From IMG/VR virus record IMGVR_UViG_3300043436_000818, positions 1 to 61,996 of that record: DNA of 61,996 nucleotides; one strand, 5' to 3'. The stretch comes from a virus. Taxonomy: Duplodnaviria > Caudoviricetes. This document shows positions 1-7,489 of the stretch, one piece after another (the first letter of the stretch is position 1; every line of letters starts with the position of its first letter). A program made the position numbers and the translations under genes. The notes below the pieces were generated by a model. It was not told where the DNA came from and ran no database searches. It saw only the letters and a list, made by a program, of their open reading frames with translations.

Positions 1-157
1 AATGAGCAACAATAAACAAAGTATGAAACTATACACTAAAGAAGACTTTTTAAAAGCCGCTGAATTTTGCGAAGTGTCAATGATAGATGCGAAATATATA
101 ATTGAACGCATTGATGAAGTAAGCGACCCCATCGAACTACCAAGTGATGAGGAGATA
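1..157 (+). repeat. 157-bp exact repeat (copy at 31636-31792; first 127 bp also at 61870-61996)
   Basis: Direct comparison from aatgagcaacaataaacaaag to gatgaggagata. Confidence 0.95.
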
Positions 158-283
158 CGAGAAGAGCGATTATTACAATTTCCTGATTCTGAATATGCTA
201 ACAGGGCAAATGATAGACTTGCCTTTTATTGTGGCGCAAAATTCGTAATAAACAAATTCGGAAGTGATAATGAAATGGAGTAA
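2..283 (+). CDS. Hypothetical mosaic mini-protein
   Basis: N-half matches the 31637 ORF, C-half matches the 57604 ORF. Confidence 0.7.
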   Translation: MSNNKQSMKLYTKEDFLKAAEFCEVSMIDAKYIIERIDEVSDPIELPSDEEIREERLLQFPDSEYANRANDRLAFYCGAKFVINKFGSDNEME

Positions 284-647
284 GCAAGATTTGGAAAAAT
301 TCATGCAACTATATCCAGTAACCAATACTGAAGATTTAGTCAAGATATTCAATCGTAACGTTTCCGCATTACGAACTAAGGCACACGAATTAGGCATTCA
401 AAAGACAAATGAAACAATGGTTAATATGTGGTCACGGAGTAATAGCGGACAATTTAAACGAGGTCAAACCGCTTGGAACAAAGGCACAAAAGGACTAATG
501 GAATGTAACGCACCTACACGCTTCAAAAAAGGACAGATTCCACACAACAAGTTACCTGATAATATCCGAGCAATTACCAGTCAATTATCACGATTGAAGA
601 AAAACATAAAAGAAAGGGAGAAACGATATGCCACGCAACAAAATTGA
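264..647 (+). CDS. HNH-endonuclease-associated DNA-binding protein lacking the HNH core
   Basis: GQFKRGQTAWNKG and RFKKGQIPHN repeats; no HNH motif. Confidence 0.6.
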   Translation: MIMKWSKQDLEKFMQLYPVTNTEDLVKIFNRNVSALRTKAHELGIQKTNETMVNMWSRSNSGQFKRGQTAWNKGTKGLMECNAPTRFKKGQIPHNKLPDNIRAITSQLSRLKKNIKEREKRYATQQN

Positions 648-837
648 TGACTTACGCAACCATCTATTTGAAACGATTGAAATGCTCAAGGACAAAGAGA
701 TTGATGTCAACACCGCTAAGGCTATAAGCGAAGTAGCACAAGTCATTGTCAACACGGCAAAGGTTGAGATTCAATTCATCAATCGCCAAAATAGTAGCGA
801 AGAAATAGGATTTATGAAGTTGGAAAATAAGAAATAA
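628..837 (+). CDS. Conserved phage hypothetical protein
   Basis: NKIDDLRNHLFETIEML...AKAISEVAQVIVNTAKVE. Confidence 0.7.
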   Translation: MPRNKIDDLRNHLFETIEMLKDKEIDVNTAKAISEVAQVIVNTAKVEIQFINRQNSSEEIGFMKLENKK

Positions 838-850
838 ATACCTATATTTG
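819..850 (+). promoter_or_regulatory. Bacteroidota-type primary sigma promoter
   Basis: GTTG-N20-TATATTTG (843-850). Confidence 0.65.
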
Positions 851-854
851 AAGA

Positions 855-954
855 GTTAACTGAGATGTCGCATATCTCGAAAGTTACAAGATTTTTGCCC
901 GATTGGGTTAGTCTGCGATGCGACCGCAACTAATTCAGTTGGGCGTTTTTTTTT
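855..954 (+). ncRNA. Structured leader RNA with two hairpins, complementary 7-nt loops and a U-tract
   Basis: Loops GTCGCAT (867-873) and ATGCGAC (918-924); covarying counterpart at 59614-59711. Confidence 0.8.
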
Positions 955-955
955 A

Positions 956-1495
956 ATGAAAGAATCAATAATAATCTATCGCAGTTTTTATGAAGCGATT
1001 AAAGACTTGCCAAAAGAACAACAAGCAGACGCTTGGAATGCAATCTTTGAGTATGGTTTAAACCAAACCGAAGTACAATTAACTGGTATTGTTTCCACAG
1101 TATTTAAGTTAGTCAAACCTCAATTAGATGCCAATCTTAAACGCTATGAAAATGGCAATAAAGGAGGTAGACCAAAGAACCAAACAGAAACCAAACAAGA
1201 ACCTAACTATAACCAAACAATAACCAAAGTCGAACCTAATGTAAATGTTAATGTAAATGATAATGAAAAGGTTAATGTAAATAAGAAGTTTATTAAACCC
1301 ACACAAGACCAAATTAGAGAGTATATGTTAGAACAAAGAATGAACGATGAATCCGAACGCTTTTACAACTACTATGAGGCAGTAGGATGGAAAGTAGGAC
1401 GTAACCCAATGAAGAATTGGAAAGCAGCGGTAATTACTTGGAAGAAGAACCAACAACCTATACAAACCATTAACAACAATTATAGAGTATTATGA
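956..1495 (+). CDS. Replication initiator (DUF6291-like N-terminus)
   Basis: SIIIYRSFYEAIKDL N-terminus, FYNYYEAVGW..MKNWKAA C-terminus, internal iterons, next to helicase. Confidence 0.8.
   Translation: MKESIIIYRSFYEAIKDLPKEQQADAWNAIFEYGLNQTEVQLTGIVSTVFKLVKPQLDANLKRYENGNKGGRPKNQTETKQEPNYNQTITKVEPNVNVNVNDNEKVNVNKKFIKPTQDQIREYMLEQRMNDESERFYNYYEAVGWKVGRNPMKNWKAAVITWKKNQQPIQTINNNYRVL
1178..1282 (+). repeat. Putative replication origin A: six 11-bp iterons followed by AT-rich 6-mers
   Basis: AACC(A/T)AA at 1178, 1189, 1200, 1211, 1222, 1233, then (AATGTA)n-like tract. Confidence 0.75.
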
Positions 1496-2721
1496 ATTTA
1501 GAACTACACATCGTTAGCAACATAATGTTCTACGAAAAGAACTATGTTTATCTACCCCGAATTAAGGGTAATTGGTTTACTAACCCACTACACCAACAAA
1601 TAATCCAAGCAATGCAATTTTTGTACTTGCAGAACCAACCATTCGGTTTATACGAGATTGTTAACCACATCGGACAAGAGAAAGCCTACGAGGTATCAAT
1701 GATTCTAAATTCTGTTATGGGTACGGGAGAAATTGAACCACATATTAAACAACTCCAAGCGGTATCACTTAAACGTCAATTAGTAGATAAGTTAGGAGGA
1801 TTAGACTTAACACGCGATTTAAAGGCTATTACAAGCGATTTAACGCAATATGTCGAAGAAGCGATGATAGTACACGCAAAAGAATCAATTGCGATGAATA
1901 AGGTAACTGCAAAGACGTTTGACGATATGGTGTCAGCAATCGAGAGAGGTGATTCAATTAATGGTAGACCAACGGGATGGATTCGGTTAGATAGGGTTAT
2001 AGGTGGTTGGAATAAGGGAGACGTTGTTATTATAGCGGGGAGACCAGGTTCGGGGAAGACTTCCATAGCGTTAACCTTTATTCTAAACGCTGCTAAACTT
2101 GGTTCAAAGTGTTTGTTTCTATCATTGGAAATGAGCAACGAGCAAATTGCCAAGCGTTATATGAGTTTGATTTCTTCGGTTACAAACGGAAAGATACGTT
2201 CGGGTAATCTTGACAAACGAGACATTGAAACATTAGCGGTTGCTATTGTAAACGATGACAATGTATTCCACATAGACGATGAGGCGATAGTTGATATTAA
2301 CACAATTAAATCTAAGGTTAAGATTCACAAAGCGAAGTTCGGATTGGATGTATTGGTTATCGACTATTTACAATTGATTAAGGGGAACAAGCAAAACAGA
2401 GAGCAAGAGATATCCGACATAAGCCGCAACCTAAAAGTGTTAGCCAAAGAATTAGATATCACCGTTATTGCATTGGCTCAGTTATCGAGGAAGTGCGAGG
2501 AACGCTCAGACAAACGTCCTATGCTATCCGACATTAGAGAGAGTGGAAGTATAGAACAAGATGCAGACGTTATCTTATTTCCATTCCGTCAAAACTACTA
2601 CGATAGGCAATTACTCGATATTGAGGATAGTGAATTGATAGTTGCAAAGAACAGACACGGAGAGGTAGGAATGATTGAGACTGAATTTATACCATCACGA
2701 ACATATTACAGAGAAAAATAA
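1492..2721 (+). CDS. dnaB: Replicative DNA helicase (DnaB family)
   Basis: AGRPGSGKT, SLEM, IDYLQL, LAQLSR, SDIRESGSIEQDAD, KNRHG. Confidence 0.97.
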   Translation: MNLELHIVSNIMFYEKNYVYLPRIKGNWFTNPLHQQIIQAMQFLYLQNQPFGLYEIVNHIGQEKAYEVSMILNSVMGTGEIEPHIKQLQAVSLKRQLVDKLGGLDLTRDLKAITSDLTQYVEEAMIVHAKESIAMNKVTAKTFDDMVSAIERGDSINGRPTGWIRLDRVIGGWNKGDVVIIAGRPGSGKTSIALTFILNAAKLGSKCLFLSLEMSNEQIAKRYMSLISSVTNGKIRSGNLDKRDIETLAVAIVNDDNVFHIDDEAIVDINTIKSKVKIHKAKFGLDVLVIDYLQLIKGNKQNREQEISDISRNLKVLAKELDITVIALAQLSRKCEERSDKRPMLSDIRESGSIEQDADVILFPFRQNYYDRQLLDIEDSELIVAKNRHGEVGMIETEFIPSRTYYREK

Positions 2722-2743
2722 ATTAAAAATATTTTTGAAAAAG

Positions 2744-2774
2744 TTTGCATATTCAAAAAAAGGTTGTAGATTTG
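2744..2774 (+). promoter_or_regulatory. Bacteroidota-type promoter, probably giving a leaderless transcript
   Basis: TTTG-N19-TAGATTTG with ATG 4 nt downstream. Confidence 0.8.
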
Positions 2775-2778
2775 AATC

Positions 2779-3030
2779 ATGGAAACAATGAAAAAAACAA
2801 TAGAAAGAACAAATGACACAAATGTATCAATGGCTAACGGATATATTGCACATAACAACATAGTCCATAAAATTCGTATTGTTAGATATAACATTAATGG
2901 TCAAGATATGGTAAGCATGATACCTGTATGTGGAACATCATATAAACGTGGTCAAGAGAGACTAATAAAAAATGAATCACATATTAATTGTGAAAAGTGT
3001 TTAAAAAGATTATCTAAACAGGGTGCTTAA
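2779..3030 (+). CDS. Hypothetical protein (CxxC near C-terminus)
   Basis: ORF between a promoter and a hairpin. Confidence 0.65.
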   Translation: METMKKTIERTNDTNVSMANGYIAHNNIVHKIRIVRYNINGQDMVSMIPVCGTSYKRGQERLIKNESHINCEKCLKRLSKQGA

Positions 3031-3043
3031 TTGCACCCTTTTA
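3016..3043 (+). terminator. Intrinsic terminator-like hairpin
   Basis: GGGTGC-TTAATT-GCACCC-TTTT; identical 26 bp at 57109-57134. Confidence 0.7.
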
Positions 3044-3055
3044 AATATTATAGTA

Positions 3056-3232
3056 ATGAATAAAAAAGATAATCGAGGAGGCATTCGCATAAATGCAGGT
3101 GCTAAACCTAAATATAGTGAGCCTACTAAAACAATTGCATTTAGATGTCCAGTATCAAAAATAAATGAAATAAAGTTAGTTGTAAAAAATCAACTTGAAA
3201 AATGGGAGGTAAAAAATGAATTATCAAGTTAA
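3056..3232 (+). CDS. Small putative DNA-binding protein
   Basis: RGGIRINAGAKPK motif; start reassigned to ATG 3056. Confidence 0.6.
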   Translation: MNKKDNRGGIRINAGAKPKYSEPTKTIAFRCPVSKINEIKLVVKNQLEKWEVKNELSS

Positions 3233-3893
3233 ACCAATAGATTACCAAGATTGCAAAGAGTGGTTTTTAAAAAAACACTATTTAAAAAGGTTGCCATCAA
3301 TCACCTATTGTTTTGGTTTATATGACAATAATATTTTAATTGGGATATGTTCCTTTGGCAATGCAGTTCCTTTGACTATGAAACGAAGTGTATGCGGTGA
3401 AGAATACGAACATTTAGTATATGAGTTAAACAGATTGATTGTAAACGACAACCACGAGAAAAACATGACCAGTTATTTTGTGGCACAATGTTTAAGACAA
3501 TTACCGAAACCTTTAATTATTGTTTCCTATGCCGATAAATCACAAGGTCATAACGGATATATTTATCAATCTACTAATTTTATTTATTTAGGTTTATCAC
3601 ATACACAAAAGGATTGGAAGATAAAAGGCGAAGAAGATAAACACTCACGCACTTTAATGGATGAATTTGCATTTACTCCTAATCGAATACAACTACTAAA
3701 AGAAAAATATGGAGATAGATTATATCAAGTAGAACGTGAACCAAAACATAGATACGTTTACTTCTTAGGAAGTAAAACACAAAGACAAAAATTCATCAAA
3801 GCATTAAGGCATCAATCACAACCATATCCAAAAGGTGACAATCAACGCTATGATGCTTCTTATCAACCAACAACACAAGCAAAACTATTTTAA
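3216..3893 (+). CDS. mom: Mom-like DNA modification enzyme (GNAT fold)
   Basis: KHYLKR, ELNRL, IVSYAD..GH.GYIYQSTNF, KHRYVY. Confidence 0.75.
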   Translation: MNYQVKPIDYQDCKEWFLKKHYLKRLPSITYCFGLYDNNILIGICSFGNAVPLTMKRSVCGEEYEHLVYELNRLIVNDNHEKNMTSYFVAQCLRQLPKPLIIVSYADKSQGHNGYIYQSTNFIYLGLSHTQKDWKIKGEEDKHSRTLMDEFAFTPNRIQLLKEKYGDRLYQVEREPKHRYVYFLGSKTQRQKFIKALRHQSQPYPKGDNQRYDASYQPTTQAKLF

Positions 3894-3894
3894 A

Positions 3895-4395
3895 ATGGAA
3901 AACCCTTATCAGAAAATCTATGACCTTGAAAAACAAAACAAGTCATTACAATCAAAAATGGAACGTATGCGTAAGATGTACGAAGACAAGTTGGCAGAAC
4001 TCAGACACGAGATTCTTTACCCCAAAATCAAGTACACGAAAAAACTTGAAGATTGGGAGATTGTATTAGCGGAGATTTGCAAAGTGTACAACACAACCCC
4101 TGCAATGGTATTGAGCAACTCTCGTAAGATGGAATACACCGCACCTCGACATTTATTTTGCTACATCCTACGCTTTCACTACGGAATGAAAGTAGTTGCA
4201 ATAGGTCGGATATTAATAAAAGACCATACAACAGTGTTACACGCTTGTAAAACAATCGAATACTATTTAGAATATGACAAAATCCTCCAACGAAACTACG
4301 CCACCCTCCTTGAGGTATTGGGATTTAACAATGACAAAGGGAATCTACACCACAATAATCATTCTCTACAACGAGTCAGAAGTGGAGTATTATGA
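3895..4395 (+). CDS. Protein with DnaA C-terminal (domain IV) HTH
   Basis: SNSRK..PRHLFCY...IGRIL.KDHTTVLHA. Confidence 0.8.
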   Translation: MENPYQKIYDLEKQNKSLQSKMERMRKMYEDKLAELRHEILYPKIKYTKKLEDWEIVLAEICKVYNTTPAMVLSNSRKMEYTAPRHLFCYILRFHYGMKVVAIGRILIKDHTTVLHACKTIEYYLEYDKILQRNYATLLEVLGFNNDKGNLHHNNHSLQRVRSGVL

Positions 4396-4421
4396 GAAAA
4401 AATATAAAAAGTTAGGATACA

Positions 4422-4452
4422 TTTGTAAAATTGAAAAAAAGTTTTAAATTTG
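4422..4452 (+). promoter_or_regulatory. Bacteroidota-type promoter of the sigma-like gene
   Basis: TTTG-N19-TAAATTTG. Confidence 0.75.
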
Positions 4453-4455
4453 TGA

Positions 4456-4956
4456 ATCAAACGTAACGAGATTATACAATGGTTAACAACTGAGTCGTGG
4501 TTCTTAGAGGCGTGTTACAAGATAGCACCTAATAAGGACACGGCTGAGGAGTTGTACCAATATGCTTTCCTTGCGATTTTAGAAAAACCTAATAAACAAA
4601 TAGAGGAAATTTATGAGGGTGGTTATATACGCTTCTATGTTGTACGGCTCTTGTACAACGCAATACACGGAAAGTGCAGTCCATTTGCAAAACATCGAAT
4701 TCAAGAAAGCGATGAAGTGGAGGAGAGATTTTCAGATGAAGAATCCATACCTTACAAAGAGGCTCAGGAGATTAAGTACATCGCCATTGAACGAACCCTC
4801 CCGAAGTTACATTGGTATGAACGTAAAATCTTCGAGATATGGATGGAAGGAAATTCGGCTCGTGCCATTCACAGACAAACAAAAATCAGTATCAACGAAA
4901 TATTGAGAGTAATAAAAAAAGTAAAACAACAAATAAGAGATGAATACAATCCTTGA
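4456..4956 (+). CDS. ECF-like sigma factor (start uncertain: ATC 4456 or TTG 4552)
   Basis: AEELYQYAFL region-2-like segment; LHWYERKIF...SARAIHRQTKIS region-4 HTH. Confidence 0.7.
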   Translation: MKRNEIIQWLTTESWFLEACYKIAPNKDTAEELYQYAFLAILEKPNKQIEEIYEGGYIRFYVVRLLYNAIHGKCSPFAKHRIQESDEVEERFSDEESIPYKEAQEIKYIAIERTLPKLHWYERKIFEIWMEGNSARAIHRQTKISINEILRVIKKVKQQIRDEYNP

Positions 4957-5200
4957 AATTATAGGGGTAGCGTGTTTTGCGATTATCCTTGTGAACTTTG
5001 GAAAACCTGCGGACTATGTTAAGCGGTTTATCTACGGAAGTAATCCCTACCATTGGCAATCAATGAAACCCATCGATTGTGCGTTCTGTATGTCTTGGTG
5101 GATAGGGTTATCAATTTTCCTATTTACTTATGGATGGGTTGGCATTTTATACGCATCTATTTCCTCTGTAATTGTAGCACTATTAGATTCTAAAATATGA
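4940..5200 (+). CDS. Small membrane protein with CxxC
   Basis: Hydrophobic segments; DCAFCMSWW. Confidence 0.65.
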   Translation: MNTILEIIGVACFAIILVNFGKPADYVKRFIYGSNPYHWQSMKPIDCAFCMSWWIGLSIFLFTYGWVGILYASISSVIVALLDSKI

Positions 5201-5523
5201 AAGAACAACTATTATTTATACGCTCATTAGCACCCAAGTATGATGACTTTAAGAGGTCACAAGTATTGAACCTAACACCCGAAGAACAAGCGAAGTTAAA
5301 CAACGCATATAGAGAAATCTACGGACGTAATCTACCAGGTTGCTCATCTTGTTTTGCCGATGCCTTTTTGTCGCTACTAATATTCTCCCAACAACGATTG
5401 GATGAGATAGAAAAGGAAGAGAAAGCCGCTGCGATTGAATCAGAAATACAAACCGCATTCAACGAGATAGAGTTAGCACAATTAGCGGATGACGAGCAGA
5501 AACCAAGACGCAAAAGAAAATGA
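5197..5523 (+). CDS. Hypothetical protein (CSSC)
   Basis: Translationally coupled ORF. Confidence 0.65.
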   Translation: MKEQLLFIRSLAPKYDDFKRSQVLNLTPEEQAKLNNAYREIYGRNLPGCSSCFADAFLSLLIFSQQRLDEIEKEEKAAAIESEIQTAFNEIELAQLADDEQKPRRKRK

Positions 5524-6080
5524 ATAGTTTTGGAGGAAGTTGGGACGATAAAAAGTGTTTCAATAAAGAACTAGAATGGAACATACACTTAGACGATATG
5601 GGCTACGTTAACCTATTTAAGTCAACTGCGGAATATATAATCCCTATGTGTCACCCTAAAGAGTTTGTAGACTTAGGCGGTGGAATGGGTGGTTACTCAT
5701 TAGCAATGCGTGATAAAGGGGTAAGCGTGAGATACTACGACCAAAACAAATTTCACTATGAATATTACGTTGACAGAGTATTGAACACTATTGCGTACAA
5801 TTGTGACTTTACCGAAGAGAAAATACAAGGTGACTTAGTAGCATCAATAGAAGTGTTTGAACATATACCCGATTCCAAGTTAATACCATTTCTAAGTGAC
5901 TTACAATGTAATTACTTCCATTTCAGTTCAACTCCTAACACAAGCGAACTCGATAAAGAATGGGGACACATCAATATCAAGAATCGCCACCAATGGATAG
6001 ACCTATTTCAATTGTGCGGATTTAGATTTGAGAGGGATTTAATGATGCCTACTCCGTGGGCTATGCTATTCAGTAAATGA
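5520..6080 (+). CDS. Class I SAM-dependent methyltransferase
   Basis: VDLGGGMG, SIEVFEHI, WGHIN. Confidence 0.85.
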   Translation: MNSFGGSWDDKKCFNKELEWNIHLDDMGYVNLFKSTAEYIIPMCHPKEFVDLGGGMGGYSLAMRDKGVSVRYYDQNKFHYEYYVDRVLNTIAYNCDFTEEKIQGDLVASIEVFEHIPDSKLIPFLSDLQCNYFHFSSTPNTSELDKEWGHINIKNRHQWIDLFQLCGFRFERDLMMPTPWAMLFSK

Positions 6081-6328
6081 AGAAATACACCCGAACATAC
6101 CTAACCTATTTTGAATACGATGAAACCGATTTTATACCTTGCGAAGTATGCAACAAACAAGCAGTTGACATCCATCATATCGAGGCAAAGGGAATGGGAG
6201 GAAGTAAGACAAAGGACAACATAGAGAACATAATGGCACTATGTAGAGATTGTCATATGAAGTACGGAGATAAGAAACAATACAAGGATTTTTTAAAACA
6301 GATACACTCAACTAAAATTCGTAATTAA
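6077..6328 (+). CDS. HNH endonuclease (packaging-associated position)
   Basis: CEVC..DIHHI...N.MALCRDCH, directly upstream of TerS. Confidence 0.9.
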   Translation: MKKYTRTYLTYFEYDETDFIPCEVCNKQAVDIHHIEAKGMGGSKTKDNIENIMALCRDCHMKYGDKKQYKDFLKQIHSTKIRN

Positions 6329-6335
6329 TTCGTAA

Positions 6336-6716
6336 ATGGCAAAGCAAGTACCAGCAAGAAACGGAGGAACACTTACTCGCCCCGATAAAGGTGAAGTAAT
6401 GAATCCTCACGGAAGACCAAAGAAGTTAGTAACACAACTAAAAGAGATAGGTTATCACAAATCACAAGTAGAGGACACAATAAATGCAATGCTTACGATG
6501 TCACGGAAAGAGTTAGAGAAAATAGATAAGAGCGAAGAGTATACAATCCTTGAACGAATCATTGCAGGAACACTTTTGAAATCACACGATAAGAACTCAC
6601 TATTCAACCTTGACCTACTTTTAAACCGCAGTCAAGGCAAACCAAAAGAAACAATCGACCAAAATATCACAGAAAAATCAATCAAAATAACTTTAAATTT
6701 AAATGGAGAACAGTAA
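6336..6716 (+). CDS. terS: Terminase small subunit (putative)
   Basis: KGEVMNPHGRPK and LLNRSQGKPKETID motifs. Confidence 0.7.
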   Translation: MAKQVPARNGGTLTRPDKGEVMNPHGRPKKLVTQLKEIGYHKSQVEDTINAMLTMSRKELEKIDKSEEYTILERIIAGTLLKSHDKNSLFNLDLLLNRSQGKPKETIDQNITEKSIKITLNLNGEQ

Positions 6717-6936
6717 AACATTTGTCGGGACTGCGTGGGAAGACCAGTACGGAATCACATTGTCGTTATCAATGAAGCAACTACAAGAGGCAATCGAGAA
6801 TGGCAAAGCACAAGTTAACACTTACGGAGATGTAAGAATCAGAATCGGTAAGTTGCGTGAACCAAATGCCAAGAGTAAGGCTACACACTATGTGAGAATT
6901 TATGAATACAAAAATGAGAGCGAGATTGGATTTTGA
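6703..6936 (+). CDS. Hypothetical protein
   Basis: Coupled ORF. Confidence 0.65.
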   Translation: MENSKTFVGTAWEDQYGITLSLSMKQLQEAIENGKAQVNTYGDVRIRIGKLREPNAKSKATHYVRIYEYKNESEIGF

Positions 6937-7144
6937 TTTGCCCGAAGAACAGACAGAGTTTCAACTTGCGGTAAATGCCTCCAAGTTGCATTCAGTATTG
7001 TGGGAATTAGACTCATTCCTACGAGCAAAAGTAAAGTATGCTCAAGAAGAAGATAACGATATTGAGGTAGCCACCTATGACAAAGTACGGACGTGGTTAC
7101 ACAATGAACTAAGCGGACACAATTTAGACCTATACGAACTATGA
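6914..7144 (+). CDS. Conserved phage hypothetical protein
   Basis: MRARLDFDLPEE...LWELDSFLR. Confidence 0.7.
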   Translation: MRARLDFDLPEEQTEFQLAVNASKLHSVLWELDSFLRAKVKYAQEEDNDIEVATYDKVRTWLHNELSGHNLDLYEL

Positions 7145-7323
7145 AGAATAAAAAAGTACAAGAACTATTAGCACTAATTTTAGTGAATGTAATTGATGAG
7201 AATAATCAATCACAAGATAGTCAAGAGAATGAATTATGGAAACTTGGATATCAAGAAGCCTGTGATATGGTTATAGATATGTTACAAGAATTATCCAAAA
7301 ACTATGAAGAAGACGTGGCGTAG
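7141..7323 (+). CDS. Hypothetical protein
   Basis: ATGA-coupled ORF. Confidence 0.55.
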   Translation: MKNKKVQELLALILVNVIDENNQSQDSQENELWKLGYQEACDMVIDMLQELSKNYEEDVA

Positions 7324-7489
7324 TACATTAGACCAAGTACCCAATGACGATTTCCTTGTTTTGGTATCTCAAGACAACGGAGATAAAACCCTTGCCCGAT
7401 ACTATGAAGATATGTGGATTTGTGAGTTTACGAATCGGGTTATCTTCGTAGCGTATTGGATGCCTATACCTTTAACACCAACCGAATGA
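7304..7489 (+). CDS. DUF551-like protein
   Basis: W....P....VLV...VAYWMPIP; homolog at 34788. Confidence 0.7.
   Translation: MKKTWRSTLDQVPNDDFLVLVSQDNGDKTLARYYEDMWICEFTNRVIFVAYWMPIPLTPTE

Noticed and set aside
1-127. Biological direct terminal repeat
   Set aside because: Exactly 127 bp, coincides with a mini-gene and also occurs internally; better explained as assembler overlap
128-256. DGR template/variable repeat pair with 57706-57834
   Set aside because: No reverse transcriptase, and the mismatches are not adenine-specific
855-954. tRNA or a known metabolite riboswitch
   Set aside because: No cloverleaf, T-loop or aptamer consensus that I recognise; an Rfam search is still needed
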